IMG/VR virus record: IMGVR_UViG_3300024187_000002
Location: 1 to 64,000 of that record
Length of the DNA stretch: 64,000 nucleotides
Source: a virus
Taxonomy: Duplodnaviria; Caudoviricetes
Direction: 5' to 3' (one strand)
Shown here: positions 9,686-19,127 of the stretch, piece after piece
Position numbering within the stretch: the stretch's first letter is position 1
How the letters are laid out: the number at the start of each line of letters is the position of its first letter
Notes under the pieces: generated by a model
Database searches by the model: none
The model's input: only the letters and a program-made list of their open reading frames with translations
Told to the model about the DNA's origin: nothing
Position numbers and translations under genes: made by a program

Positions 9686-10282
9686 ATGGCCTTCAGCTAT
9701 CAGACTTTGATCGATCTGGCGTTACAGCAAGCTCTTGCGGGCGGCGATCAGTTAAGGTCTGCCTTACTTGACGCAGACATGACAATGGAATCGCTGGTTC
9801 AGACTGTATTCCAAAATGTCGCGCTTCAAAAAGCCGCAGATCAAGAAGGGCGCGGCCTTTTACGACGAACCCACACGCTAGCCGTGACGAACGGTGTTGC
9901 AACTCTACCCGATACTGTGTTGACTCAATGTAAATACGGGGCCTCGATTTCTGATCCTGATAACATCGCGGTAGCGCAAGCTCAATCAATGGTGGAGTAT
10001 TGGCAGGACTTTGTTCAGCCTAGGGTTGGAATCTTTGCTCAGCCTGCATGGTGGATTATCAAGGGCGACGATGATTTCCACTACATCCAACCGAACGAGA
10101 ACTACGATCCGTCCACTGGATTTACAGGCAGTTTGGAGTTAACGATTGCCAGCGTGCCGGAAGTTCCCGCCGGCGCAAGTGACACGGTTGATGTTGTTGC
10201 TGAAGTGTTTAGTGATTTGGTGAGCGCGTTAGCAGTAGCGATTCGCGGGTTAATAGATCGACAACAACCGAAGGCGGCATAA
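9686..10282 (+). CDS. Putative tail tubular protein A-like adaptor
   Basis: 198 aa, helical-beta-helical layout, immediately before a large beta-rich tail protein. Confidence 0.45.
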   Translation: MAFSYQTLIDLALQQALAGGDQLRSALLDADMTMESLVQTVFQNVALQKAADQEGRGLLRRTHTLAVTNGVATLPDTVLTQCKYGASISDPDNIAVAQAQSMVEYWQDFVQPRVGIFAQPAWWIIKGDDDFHYIQPNENYDPSTGFTGSLELTIASVPEVPAGASDTVDVVAEVFSDLVSALAVAIRGLIDRQQPKAA

Positions 10283-12592
10283 GTGGGCAACAATCTTCCA
10301 ACGCGAACCATTAGACCCTCCGCGTTTTATCCAACGCAACCTAAATCGGGTAATGTTAATAACGACGTTCTTTACCGAATGGAAAACGCGATTATTCAAG
10401 GGAATCACCCGCTTACCTATGTTCAGAGCTATGCAGGTTCATTAAGCTATTCAGAAACGATAGCTACTGCTGATCTTACGGGCACTTTAACAGCCACTTC
10501 AGGCTCAACCACGGTTACGGGATCGGGAACGGCGTTTACTACCGAACTAAATCCCGGTCAATATGTGTTGGCGGTAAACACCTCGACACACGCATCTTAT
10601 CTTCTGGTAGTCCGTCGTATTGTGTCAGACACGTCTTTTGTCTGCTGGAAAACTCCGACAAGCTCAAAGTCGGGGATGACCGGTAAGAGACTACCGGTAA
10701 TTTTTACGGTAGACCAAGATCGAGGCACTCAGATATTCGGCAACACTATCAGGCTGGATCGAGGCACGCTGCTCTCCGCTGGGCAGGGCACATTTCGACT
10801 AAACGGATCGGCGTTAAGCGCGAGCCTGTCTGTGACTCGCGCGCCTAAGATTTCTCTCTACAACTCAGGTGCTGGGACGTATACCAATTTCCCGTTAGGA
10901 ATGAACCTTTCGTCCGTAACAATTTCTGCCGCGACTAATGCGGCGGCTGCGGTGCTGACGGTAAATAATCACGGGCTGTCTACGGGAGATGGCATAACAA
11001 TCTCAGGAGCAACAGGAAACTGGACGGCGATAAATGGTTCGTGGACAATTACAGTTCTAAGTGTAAACACTTTTTCAATTCCGGTTGATTCTACAGCCTT
11101 TGGGGCGCTGACTGGCACTCCGGTTTTCCCTTCACGACCTACGTTGGTAGCTGTAGCGGGTGGCACAAAAAACATGAGGGCGGGTCAGTATTCAGTTGTT
11201 ATCGCTCCGGCTAGAACTCAAACCCTTGGCTATAACAATCCATCTCAAAGAGCCGTTGTTACCCTTACGGATAATCAGCGAATTCAAATTACCTTTCCGC
11301 CAATGGACACAACCAACGGACAGAATGCTTGGCTAGTGGGAGTAACGCTGTTTGCGAGCACGTTAGGGGCCGATCTGAACTACTTGGAAGGTCCGTGGTA
11401 CATATTGGATCAATTCACAGGCAGTACGTCAGGATTTACAGCTTACATCGAATGGTACGATGCGGAAGTTGAACGAATGAATTTAATCACCTTCGACAAC
11501 GATCCGCCCCCGGCAGCTAATTTTGTGGTAATGCTGAATAATGTTCCTGTGTGGGTTTCCTGTCAGGGATTAAACGGATCGTCGCCGGGGCCGTTTATTT
11601 TCCCAGCTAAGCCGGGAAACATCGAAGCCGCGCCAGCAATATTGGCGTTTTCATCTTCACCGCCGGAAGTGATTCTTGGTGTTATCTCCGCTGACGGTAG
11701 AGCGTATTTACCTACTGCAAATAATCTTCTAATTTCTCAAGGCACTCCACAATCAGATGTGCCAGTTTTAATCAGACCATTTTGGTCTGTGGGCTTTACA
11801 GGGCCAGATCAAATTGTCTTTGTAAATAAAACTCTCTACGGCCATTCAGTGCAAGGCCCAACCCGCTCTGCGCCTGACGGTGTTCCCGGCTCGGAAGAGA
11901 TGGACTTCGCCATTCCGGTTTCTGAGATTACTGACAGTTGGATTGCCGGAGACGTGAAGGTTGCCTACGATCCGATTAACAATGCGGTGTGTTTTATTCA
12001 TGCCAGCGACTCGCTCAATTCATCTGGATTTTGGACGACAAAGGTTCTCATGTACGGATTGCGTCAAGAGGCATGGATCGGGAGTGTTGTGTTGTCTTCT
12101 ACTACTCAAGACATGATCGTCTGTGGCGCGGCGATGGTAAGCAACACTCTCACCTTATTGGTGGGCGGTAGGCAATCTGACGATTCTGTGAGCATTGGGA
12201 CTTACGCGTGGAATCAAGCAGCGGGTGCGGCTGTGGCTTGGTATGTCGCCACTAACTTTTCGGATTACGATGATGAATTGAGATCGCATACAGTTAAGCG
12301 ATTTCGCGTTACGGGCAAAACCACCAGCGGATCGGGGGGTGTTTTTGGAGCGCAGCCGTCGGAATCGATCCCTGTTGCGTCTTTGGAAGCGGGAAACTCA
12401 TCTAGTCTTACTGGGGCCGTGTCAATCGCCAACACTTCTACCGTAGCCCAAAGTCAGCAGTTCCAAGTCAACTGTCCGAACTTGGCGCAATCAGCTTTAA
12501 GAATTCAAGGCACGTACAACGGTAGCGATTCGGTATTGGATCGGGTCGATGAAATTGTCATTCAGAGCGCAGCGATTGGCGTAAGGATATAG
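10283..12592 (+). CDS. Putative tail tubular protein B/nozzle (P22 gp10-like)
   Basis: 769 aa, beta-rich, with an inserted small beta domain (ISAATNAAAAVLTVNNHGLSTGDGITISG...) common in phage tail proteins. Confidence 0.55.
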   Translation: MGNNLPTRTIRPSAFYPTQPKSGNVNNDVLYRMENAIIQGNHPLTYVQSYAGSLSYSETIATADLTGTLTATSGSTTVTGSGTAFTTELNPGQYVLAVNTSTHASYLLVVRRIVSDTSFVCWKTPTSSKSGMTGKRLPVIFTVDQDRGTQIFGNTIRLDRGTLLSAGQGTFRLNGSALSASLSVTRAPKISLYNSGAGTYTNFPLGMNLSSVTISAATNAAAAVLTVNNHGLSTGDGITISGATGNWTAINGSWTITVLSVNTFSIPVDSTAFGALTGTPVFPSRPTLVAVAGGTKNMRAGQYSVVIAPARTQTLGYNNPSQRAVVTLTDNQRIQITFPPMDTTNGQNAWLVGVTLFASTLGADLNYLEGPWYILDQFTGSTSGFTAYIEWYDAEVERMNLITFDNDPPPAANFVVMLNNVPVWVSCQGLNGSSPGPFIFPAKPGNIEAAPAILAFSSSPPEVILGVISADGRAYLPTANNLLISQGTPQSDVPVLIRPFWSVGFTGPDQIVFVNKTLYGHSVQGPTRSAPDGVPGSEEMDFAIPVSEITDSWIAGDVKVAYDPINNAVCFIHASDSLNSSGFWTTKVLMYGLRQEAWIGSVVLSSTTQDMIVCGAAMVSNTLTLLVGGRQSDDSVSIGTYAWNQAAGAAVAWYVATNFSDYDDELRSHTVKRFRVTGKTTSGSGGVFGAQPSESIPVASLEAGNSSSLTGAVSIANTSTVAQSQQFQVNCPNLAQSALRIQGTYNGSDSVLDRVDEIVIQSAAIGVRI

Positions 12593-12595
12593 ACG

Positions 12596-15412
12596 TTGGC
12601 TGATGTATACAACAACACGGATGTTCAATATGACTCTTATTTAGAGCCAGAGATAGATCCGTTTGTCCAGCAGATTCTTGCCACGACTGCAATCACGAAC
12701 CTCAACGGGATTACCGGCCCGATGATTACTTTAGCAGGCGGAACGTCCGGATTTTCATATGCACCTTCAGGCTCGACGATTACTTTGGTTGGGCCACTCA
12801 CAACTAAAGGTGATATTTATACCTACGGAACTGCTGGCACACGATTTGGAGTTGGCACTGACGGACAAGTATTAACGGCTGATTCTGCTTCTTCACAAGG
12901 GCTTAAGTGGGTAACGCCGGGAGCAGGAATAGGTACAGTCACATCCGTTTCGGTAGTCACTGCAAATGGCGTTAGCGGCACAGTTGCGAACCCGACTACA
13001 ACTCCGGCGATCACTTTAACACTAGGCGCGATCACTCCATCCAGCGTTGCGATTGGAGGCATAGCTGCGACGTGGCCCCTTTCAGTTCGGGGAACCACAT
13101 CAAACAATACCGCTGTCTTTGCCACAGATGATTTCGTCCTATCTAGTGTTGGCACGGCTCTCAATGTCGGTTTTGGAGCGTCTACAGGCAATACAAATGG
13201 TGCTATCCAAGCCGCGAGTAGTGGGGCGACCGCTAACGCTGCGCTTGTGCTCAATCCGAATGGCGGTAACGTTGGCGTTGGCGTAGTTCCAGCAACCTCA
13301 GCCATTCTAGAGTTGTCCTCGACTATGGGCGCGTTGCTCGTGTCCCGCATGACCACAACTCAACGCGATGCGTTAACGGCTGTAAATGGAATGCTCATTT
13401 ACAACTCGACGCTATCGAAGTTCCAAAGTTATGAAGCGGGGGCGTGGGTTACAGCAACCAATGCGGCGATAGTTCCAAATACCGCGCCTTCAGCCGGACA
13501 GATTCTAGTTGGCAACGCCGGAGGGACAGCCTACGCGCCTGTATCGATGAGTGGCGATGCGACGTTAGCCAGCACCGGCGCGTTGACTCTTGCTTCTGTT
13601 ATCACAGCAGGTGGCCCAACCGGAGATGCTACGCATGTTCCCCAAATCACTTACGACGCTAAAGGCAGACTGACGACGGTTTCCAGTATTCTCATTACCG
13701 GCACCGCACCGGGAGGTAGTGCAGGAGGTGATCTCAGCGGTACTTATCCAAACCCAACAGTTGCGAAAATCAACGGCGCAACTCTGGGAACAACGACAGC
13801 TACCAGTGGGAACGTCCTAATCGGATCGGGATCGCAGTGGGCAACTCAAGCTATTAGCGGTTCGGGCGCAACCATCACGTTAGGCTCCACAGGTGTGATA
13901 ACTATTAGCGCCATCGCAAATGCGAGTCTCTCAAATTCATCGATTACGATTAACGGTACGTCAGTTAGCTTGGGGGGCACTCGCACGCTGACTCTCGCAT
14001 CGTCTGACTTCGTTAATCAAGGGACTACCACGACAATCCTGCATGGCAACGCGGCGGGTAATCCTTCATTCGGGCAGATCGTCAACGCAGATATTACTAA
14101 TTCGACGATTGACCTGACTGCGAAAGTGACTGGAATCCTACCGTCTGCGAATGGTGGCTCGGCTAACGCTTTCTTCGCCGTGTCCGGGCCTGCCGCGTCC
14201 GTAAAGACCTTCACGTTTCCGAATGCCAGCGCCACGGTGTTAACTGACAATGCCGCGGTAACGGCGGCTCAGGGTGGCACTGGAATCGCGAGCTACGCAG
14301 TCGGCGATATTCTCTATGCCTCTGCCTCAACGACGCTAAGCAAGCTGGCTGACGTGGCAGCGGGAAGCTATCTTCGATCAGGCGGCGTAACAACTGCGCC
14401 CGTATGGAGCACGACCACGCTCCCGAATAGTGCCACAACCGGCGACATTCTCTACGCTTCAGCGTCAAACGTCTATTCAAATCTTGCTGATGTCGCAGCA
14501 GGTTCTTACTTACGATCCGGCGGAACATCGACTGCGCCTGTGTGGAGTACAACGACACTTCCTAACAGTGCGACGACTGGTGACTTGCTCTATGCCTCGG
14601 CTTCTAATGTTTACTCGAACCTTGCTGATGTTGCGGCTGGTTCTTATCTACGTTCAGGTGGTACGTCTACTGCGCCGTTATGGTCAACGTTGATCCTGCC
14701 GAACTCAGTTACGGCGGGGAGCATTGTCTACGGTAGCGCCACTAACACCTACGGACAGGACAACGCGAATTTGTTTTGGGACGGAACCAATCACCGTCTT
14801 GGTATTGGTTCGACCGCGCCCACTTCTAGACTTCACGTAGACGCGGCGGGCGGCACTACTGCCGATGAGATTGCGACCTATTTCCAGAGCGGCACGTTTG
14901 CGAATATCCGCGGCTCGATCTTGCACGGCGGTAACGCGGGCGGCTATTTATCGGTTGGCGGGTTGCAGATCATGGCGCAGGGGGCAGCCAACAGCGTGAG
15001 CGGATCGGGTGATATTAACTTCCTTACGCCCGTTTCAAACTCTGCTAATAACAGCACCGACGCTACGCTTACTCTGCAAATGAAGATAAGCAACGTCGGT
15101 GTCGTAAAGATTGGCGGCACGGCTAGTCGGGGCACGACTGAAGGCACGAATCAGTTGGCGATTTTCAATGGCACAGCACCGGCTGGAACATTGACTAACG
15201 GAGCATCGTTTTTCTGCGCGGGTGGGGAAATGAAGGTGATCGATTCAGGGGGGACGATTACTCAAATTTCGCCCCATGACTCTGACGGGTATTGGGTATT
15301 TGATTCCACAAACTCGGTTAAGCATACCCGTCTCTTAATTGACGTAGAGAAACTACTGCGAGCAATGAACGATTATTTAGGCACTGATTTTGTTCACGAT
15401 CTTGCTGCGTGA
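12596..15412 (+). CDS. Tail fibre protein
   Basis: 938 aa, G/T/S/A-rich, TTTQRDAL...GMLIYN knob-like motif, internal 46-aa repeats. Confidence 0.8.
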   Translation: MADVYNNTDVQYDSYLEPEIDPFVQQILATTAITNLNGITGPMITLAGGTSGFSYAPSGSTITLVGPLTTKGDIYTYGTAGTRFGVGTDGQVLTADSASSQGLKWVTPGAGIGTVTSVSVVTANGVSGTVANPTTTPAITLTLGAITPSSVAIGGIAATWPLSVRGTTSNNTAVFATDDFVLSSVGTALNVGFGASTGNTNGAIQAASSGATANAALVLNPNGGNVGVGVVPATSAILELSSTMGALLVSRMTTTQRDALTAVNGMLIYNSTLSKFQSYEAGAWVTATNAAIVPNTAPSAGQILVGNAGGTAYAPVSMSGDATLASTGALTLASVITAGGPTGDATHVPQITYDAKGRLTTVSSILITGTAPGGSAGGDLSGTYPNPTVAKINGATLGTTTATSGNVLIGSGSQWATQAISGSGATITLGSTGVITISAIANASLSNSSITINGTSVSLGGTRTLTLASSDFVNQGTTTTILHGNAAGNPSFGQIVNADITNSTIDLTAKVTGILPSANGGSANAFFAVSGPAASVKTFTFPNASATVLTDNAAVTAAQGGTGIASYAVGDILYASASTTLSKLADVAAGSYLRSGGVTTAPVWSTTTLPNSATTGDILYASASNVYSNLADVAAGSYLRSGGTSTAPVWSTTTLPNSATTGDLLYASASNVYSNLADVAAGSYLRSGGTSTAPLWSTLILPNSVTAGSIVYGSATNTYGQDNANLFWDGTNHRLGIGSTAPTSRLHVDAAGGTTADEIATYFQSGTFANIRGSILHGGNAGGYLSVGGLQIMAQGAANSVSGSGDINFLTPVSNSANNSTDATLTLQMKISNVGVVKIGGTASRGTTEGTNQLAIFNGTAPAGTLTNGASFFCAGGEMKVIDSGGTITQISPHDSDGYWVFDSTNSVKHTRLLIDVEKLLRAMNDYLGTDFVHDLAA
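14303..14716 (+). repeat. Three tandem 138-nt (46-aa) coding repeats in the tail fibre
   Basis: GDILYASAS..LADVAAGSYLRSGG..TAPVWST..LPNS units start at 14303, 14441 and 14579. Confidence 0.95.
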
Positions 15413-15467
15413 ATCGTGCTAAGAAGTGTTTTTACGATTTCAGATTTCCTTCACGGGCGGCGTAAAA

Positions 15468-15791
15468 TTGGCAAACATCGGCGGGACACAAATAATCGAC
15501 GCGGTAGCCGGAACAACGGTAACGATCACAATCGACGCCACGATTCCGCACACGGTTGCGAGATGGACTGCGGCACAAACTACCACGATAAATATCTCGG
15601 GTACGCCAGTTGACGGCCAAGAGCTAACGCTGATTGTCCTGAACGATGGAGTATTACCGCGAGTGTTGACGTTGGGGACAGGATTAGTAGGGATGGGGAT
15701 AATTACTGGAGTCCTCAGCAAACGAAGCGTGATACTATTTGTTGCTTCAGGGGGAGTCTTTTATGAAGTAACTAGGAGCGTTGGTCTATGA
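15468..15791 (+). CDS. Small beta-rich tail-associated protein
   Basis: Likely TTG start at 15468 within ORF 15426..15791; TITIDAT...TINISG...ELTLIV pattern. Confidence 0.5.
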   Translation: MANIGGTQIIDAVAGTTVTITIDATIPHTVARWTAAQTTTINISGTPVDGQELTLIVLNDGVLPRVLTLGTGLVGMGIITGVLSKRSVILFVASGGVFYEVTRSVGL

Positions 15792-16000
15792 GACAGAGAC
15801 GAGCACAGAAGCCAGACGTGGAAAAGCTGGCAATGGAAGCAAAAGCCAAGCGAGTTAAGGAGTGTGGCGATGCCGTCCAAAAGGTTTTGGCTCAGTATGA
15901 ATGCAGGCTATTCACCGCTTTAGGCGCAGGACAACAGCCAATAGAACTTAGAGACATTGCGGGACTACCAGTTTTAATCCAATTAGGTTCAACTAAGTGA
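15788..16000 (+). CDS. Hypothetical protein (possible fibre chaperone)
   Basis: 70 aa, ATGA/GTGA coupled on both sides. Confidence 0.45.
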   Translation: MRQRRAQKPDVEKLAMEAKAKRVKECGDAVQKVLAQYECRLFTALGAGQQPIELRDIAGLPVLIQLGSTK

Positions 16001-16497
16001 ACATTCGCAGGCTTGATCCAATTAAAGACCGGGGATGCTTCGTGGATGCGTGGCGTTGGGAGGCTCGTGCCCCTCGTTGGTTTCGCGATGCTGATAAAGT
16101 GTTTGGGCCGCAAACCTTTGAAGATTTTCTTGAAAGCTCTAAAGAGTTTGAACGTGCGACGTTCGGGATATTTGATGAGCATCTAGCGGGACTGATTATC
16201 TTCACTCTCAAGGGATCGTCGGTTGAAGTGGATTTAATGGCGCGGCCTAAAACGTCACGTGAAACCATTTTAATCGGGGCAAGTATTCTACGCGAACAAA
16301 TCTTTGCTGATTTAGACATTCAGGAACTATATGTATGGCTTCCGAGAAAAAACTACCCCACTAGAAAATTATGTGGCATACTAGGTTTCCGTGAGACTGG
16401 GTTGACATTAATTCGGGGAACATACCGAGAAAAAGTAATTGAATGGCTACACCTTAATCTCACACGAGAGGCTATAGCGATGCGATTAGCCGCTTGA
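15997..16497 (+). CDS. GNAT-fold protein (P22 gp14-like position)
   Basis: RimJ-like GNAT C-terminus (LYVWLPRKNYPTRKLCGILGFRETG); precedes an ejection-like gene. Confidence 0.7.
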   Translation: MNIRRLDPIKDRGCFVDAWRWEARAPRWFRDADKVFGPQTFEDFLESSKEFERATFGIFDEHLAGLIIFTLKGSSVEVDLMARPKTSRETILIGASILREQIFADLDIQELYVWLPRKNYPTRKLCGILGFRETGLTLIRGTYREKVIEWLHLNLTREAIAMRLAA

Positions 16498-16527
16498 TAA
16501 TTTAAGCTTTATCGAGTTGAGTTCTCG

Positions 16528-16577
16528 AAGGGCCGTGCGTAATCGATTAGATCGAGCGTACGGCCCTTTCTGTTTAT
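16528..16577 (+). terminator. Intergenic hairpin, terminator-like
   Basis: AAGGGCCGTGCG (16528-16539) pairs with CGTACGGCCCTT (16557-16568), followed by TCTGTTT. Confidence 0.5.
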
Positions 16578-17235
16578 GGGGAAAAAAACCACAAAAACGA
16601 CGCAGAATCAAACGCAATCGTTTAATAACGCTAATACGTACGGCCAGATTACGCCTCAAGACACTCAAGATACCCAGAACTTCCGCGCTTGGAATCCCCA
16701 GATTGATCCGGGCCTTGCTTCTCAGTATGGTAATGCAAAGAATCAGTTTACTTCTTCATTCAATAATCCCCTTGGGGGATATCAAACAGCGCAAACCCGT
16801 GACGCTCAACAGCGAACAGGGCTGCGCCAGTTGAATCAAGATGAAGCTCAAGCATTTAGAAGCGGATCGTATGATGTAAATAATCAGAAGGCCGGACAGC
16901 TAGGAAGTCTAGCTGCTCTTACCGCGCCCCGTATTTTGCAAACGGGAAGTAGCGGAAGCGGAACAGGTTCAGGAACATCAACTCAGGTTCAATCAGGAGA
17001 CTTGTTAGGTCAGCTTATTGGCGCAGGGTCACAGGTAGGGAGTGCCGCCTTGTTGACCCTTACGCTATGCTGCGGGCTTTTCGTTTATAGTAGGACGCTA
17101 GACAAGCGGCCCGTTGCTTATCGCGCCGCGGATCATCTGACGGCATCCGCTGCCAAAATCTGCGAGCAGACGCACGGCTGCAAATTCGACAATCTCGGCC
17201 ACCCCTCTTGCGAGGTTTTGTATTCTCAGGGGTAA
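16576..17235 (+). CDS. Putative internal virion/DNA ejection protein (gp7-like) with read-through C-terminus
   Basis: MGKKTTKTTQNQ start, Q/N/G/S-rich, ends in a GxLxGxGxG-like segment; the last ~60 codons overlap the antisense HNH. Confidence 0.6.
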   Translation: MGKKTTKTTQNQTQSFNNANTYGQITPQDTQDTQNFRAWNPQIDPGLASQYGNAKNQFTSSFNNPLGGYQTAQTRDAQQRTGLRQLNQDEAQAFRSGSYDVNNQKAGQLGSLAALTAPRILQTGSSGSGTGSGTSTQVQSGDLLGQLIGAGSQVGSAALLTLTLCCGLFVYSRTLDKRPVAYRAADHLTASAAKICEQTHGCKFDNLGHPSCEVLYSQG

Positions 17236-17752
17236 ATTCATGGCCGTGGTCACAGTGAGTTTTTGCGGCATTTGTAACGGCGAAGCTAATACCGCGCATG
17301 ACGTTTTCTTTGTTTGTTACGGGTTCTATGTGGACTGGATTGATACAGTGACGCACACGGCACAAATGATCGGATTGAAGCTCGGCAGGGATTGGCTCAA
17401 CAACCAACCCATAGAGAAACCGATGGACGTGCACTACGCGCCGAGCCACACGCAAGTGCGCATACCCCGACGTTTTATGAATTGCGCCCGCCCACAGCCA
17501 GCAAGGCGTACCCTTAAAACTTACGCCAGCGTCGATTTTAATTTTAGGGAAAATCTGCTTAATCAGCCCGCTAGTCAGCCGTGTCGGCAGAGGCGGTTTT
17601 GGCTGTTGAAGCAACATTTTACCGGCGACAGCGTGGCATTCCTTGCAAACTGCGCGCGGCTTGCCATTCGACTTGCGATAATAATCGCTAGTTGGTTTAG
17701 GAGTCTTACATTTACTACAAGGGGTGAGTTGAGTAGAATCGTCGATGGGCAT
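17060..17752 (-). CDS. HNH homing endonuclease with zinc fingers
   Basis: CSKC..CKEC; CWLWAG..GYA..HRFLY..DHLCRVRHCINPVHIEPVTNKEN; KTHCDHGHEF..CRIC. Confidence 0.92.
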   Translation of the reverse strand: MPIDDSTQLTPCSKCKTPKPTSDYYRKSNGKPRAVCKECHAVAGKMLLQQPKPPLPTRLTSGLIKQIFPKIKIDAGVSFKGTPCWLWAGAIHKTSGYAHLRVARRVVHVHRFLYGLVVEPIPAELQSDHLCRVRHCINPVHIEPVTNKENVMRGISFAVTNAAKTHCDHGHEFTPENTKPRKRGGRDCRICSRASARRFWQRMPSDDPRRDKQRAACLASYYKRKARSIA

Positions 17753-17825
17753 GATCTGAAGTTACCTTTCAGCTTGTGTCTTGGCGACGTAAGGCTACAA
17801 CCTTGCGCCGCCTTTTCATTATAAC

Positions 17826-18419
17826 ATGCACGACGCAATACAAAGAGCATTCAGCGAGAGTAACCGAGTGGCACTGTTGTGCTCGTTTGGGAAAGATAGC
17901 CTTGTGCTGCTGAGAACAGTTTTAGACATGGGGCACAAACCCACAATTATTTGGTTTCGCGATCATCTAAACCCTTTTGCCGCGAAGATTATTCGCGAAT
18001 GGGACTTGGAAGTGGTTGGCTATGCTCCGAGTGCAAGGTATCAAGTTGAGAATACTTTGGTTTCTGAATATGCAATCGGAAACGCAAGACTACCTTTACT
18101 TCAGGACATTTCCGAACAAGGTCAACCCGTAAATAAAGTAACCACTCCACGATTTGATTACGGGTGGGACACTACCTTATTTGGCTACCGCAAGTCGGAT
18201 AGTCACCCATTAGTTCCCGTCACCTTTGAGCCGGAGTTTCAGCTAGGACCCACCAAGATGATCGCGCCGCTTTACGATCTTTCAGACAGGGAAATTTTCA
18301 GACTCACAAACGAGATGGGAATACCCCGCGAAACAATTTGTGATGACGTATTACCGAGTGAGTTTCCGGTAATATCTACTCAGTTCTTTCAAGAACGATT
18401 TGGTTTTCAGGTTCATTAA
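17826..18419 (+). CDS. PAPS-reductase-family (PP-loop) protein
   Basis: LLCSFGKDS PP-loop and FGYRKSDS motif; lacks a C-terminal catalytic ECG-type Cys. Confidence 0.75.
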   Translation: MHDAIQRAFSESNRVALLCSFGKDSLVLLRTVLDMGHKPTIIWFRDHLNPFAAKIIREWDLEVVGYAPSARYQVENTLVSEYAIGNARLPLLQDISEQGQPVNKVTTPRFDYGWDTTLFGYRKSDSHPLVPVTFEPEFQLGPTKMIAPLYDLSDREIFRLTNEMGIPRETICDDVLPSEFPVISTQFFQERFGFQVH

Positions 18420-18430
18420 GGAGAATCAAC

Positions 18431-19126
18431 ATGCCTATTCAAGATATTAGCCGCAACAGTAATACGATCAACATCAGCGCGGCTTACACCCTAAAAGACC
18501 CAAACATCGGGCAGGTCATTGCCAACTGCACAAGTGCAGGGTTCACGCTGACAATTTATGACGATCTGGATAGCGGCGCATATCACCGCCTAGTAGTCAA
18601 GATTAGTGATAGCGACTCGTCAGGAAACACGCTGACCATTGTGAATGCTGGGGCGACCTTTAGCACCACGTTGGCGTCTACGAGCGCGGCAGTTGAGTTG
18701 GAAACAGACAATGAAGGTAATTGGCTGGCTGTTGCGTCGTTCCCTACCCTCGACGCGAATACGGCAATCTCTGCCGCGGACTCGGCGGGACTGCGAGCGT
18801 CTGACGCTCAGTCTGGTGCGGACTCCACAGCCTTAACAGCTAGCACTACGGCGTCAACTAATAAGTCCACTGCCGCCAGCGCGACGCTCAGCGGCGTATC
18901 AGCGGCAGAGTCTATCGCGGCAAGCGCCACGCTAAGCGGGGTGTCGGGTACAGCGTCCACGGCTACAAGTCAAAATGTTTCTCAGTCGCAAAATATTTCC
19001 ACCACAGGATCGATAGCTGCGAGCGCTACTTTGAGCGGAGTATCCGCGACGGCAAGCGTAGCCACCTCACAGAACGCATCCCAGAGCTTGAATGTATCTT
19101 CAGCGCTGAGTTTGGCGTCTAGCTAA
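18431..19126 (+). CDS. Beta-sandwich protein with serine-rich repeat tail
   Basis: SD AGGAGA. The last 118 aa contain 33 Ser and 16 Thr, no aromatic residues, and three AASATLSGVS repeats (18872, 18917, 19016). Confidence 0.75.
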   Translation: MPIQDISRNSNTINISAAYTLKDPNIGQVIANCTSAGFTLTIYDDLDSGAYHRLVVKISDSDSSGNTLTIVNAGATFSTTLASTSAAVELETDNEGNWLAVASFPTLDANTAISAADSAGLRASDAQSGADSTALTASTTASTNKSTAASATLSGVSAAESIAASATLSGVSGTASTATSQNVSQSQNISTTGSIAASATLSGVSATASVATSQNASQSLNVSSALSLASS

Positions 19127-19127
19127 A

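Noticed and set aside
15180-15412. Peptidase S74 intramolecular chaperone at the fibre C-terminus
   Set aside because: The characteristic SD-x-R-x-K motif is not present.
17826-18419. Sulfur-assimilation auxiliary gene (cysH)
   Set aside because: No C-terminal catalytic Cys motif and the context is structural, so only the PP-loop fold is supported.
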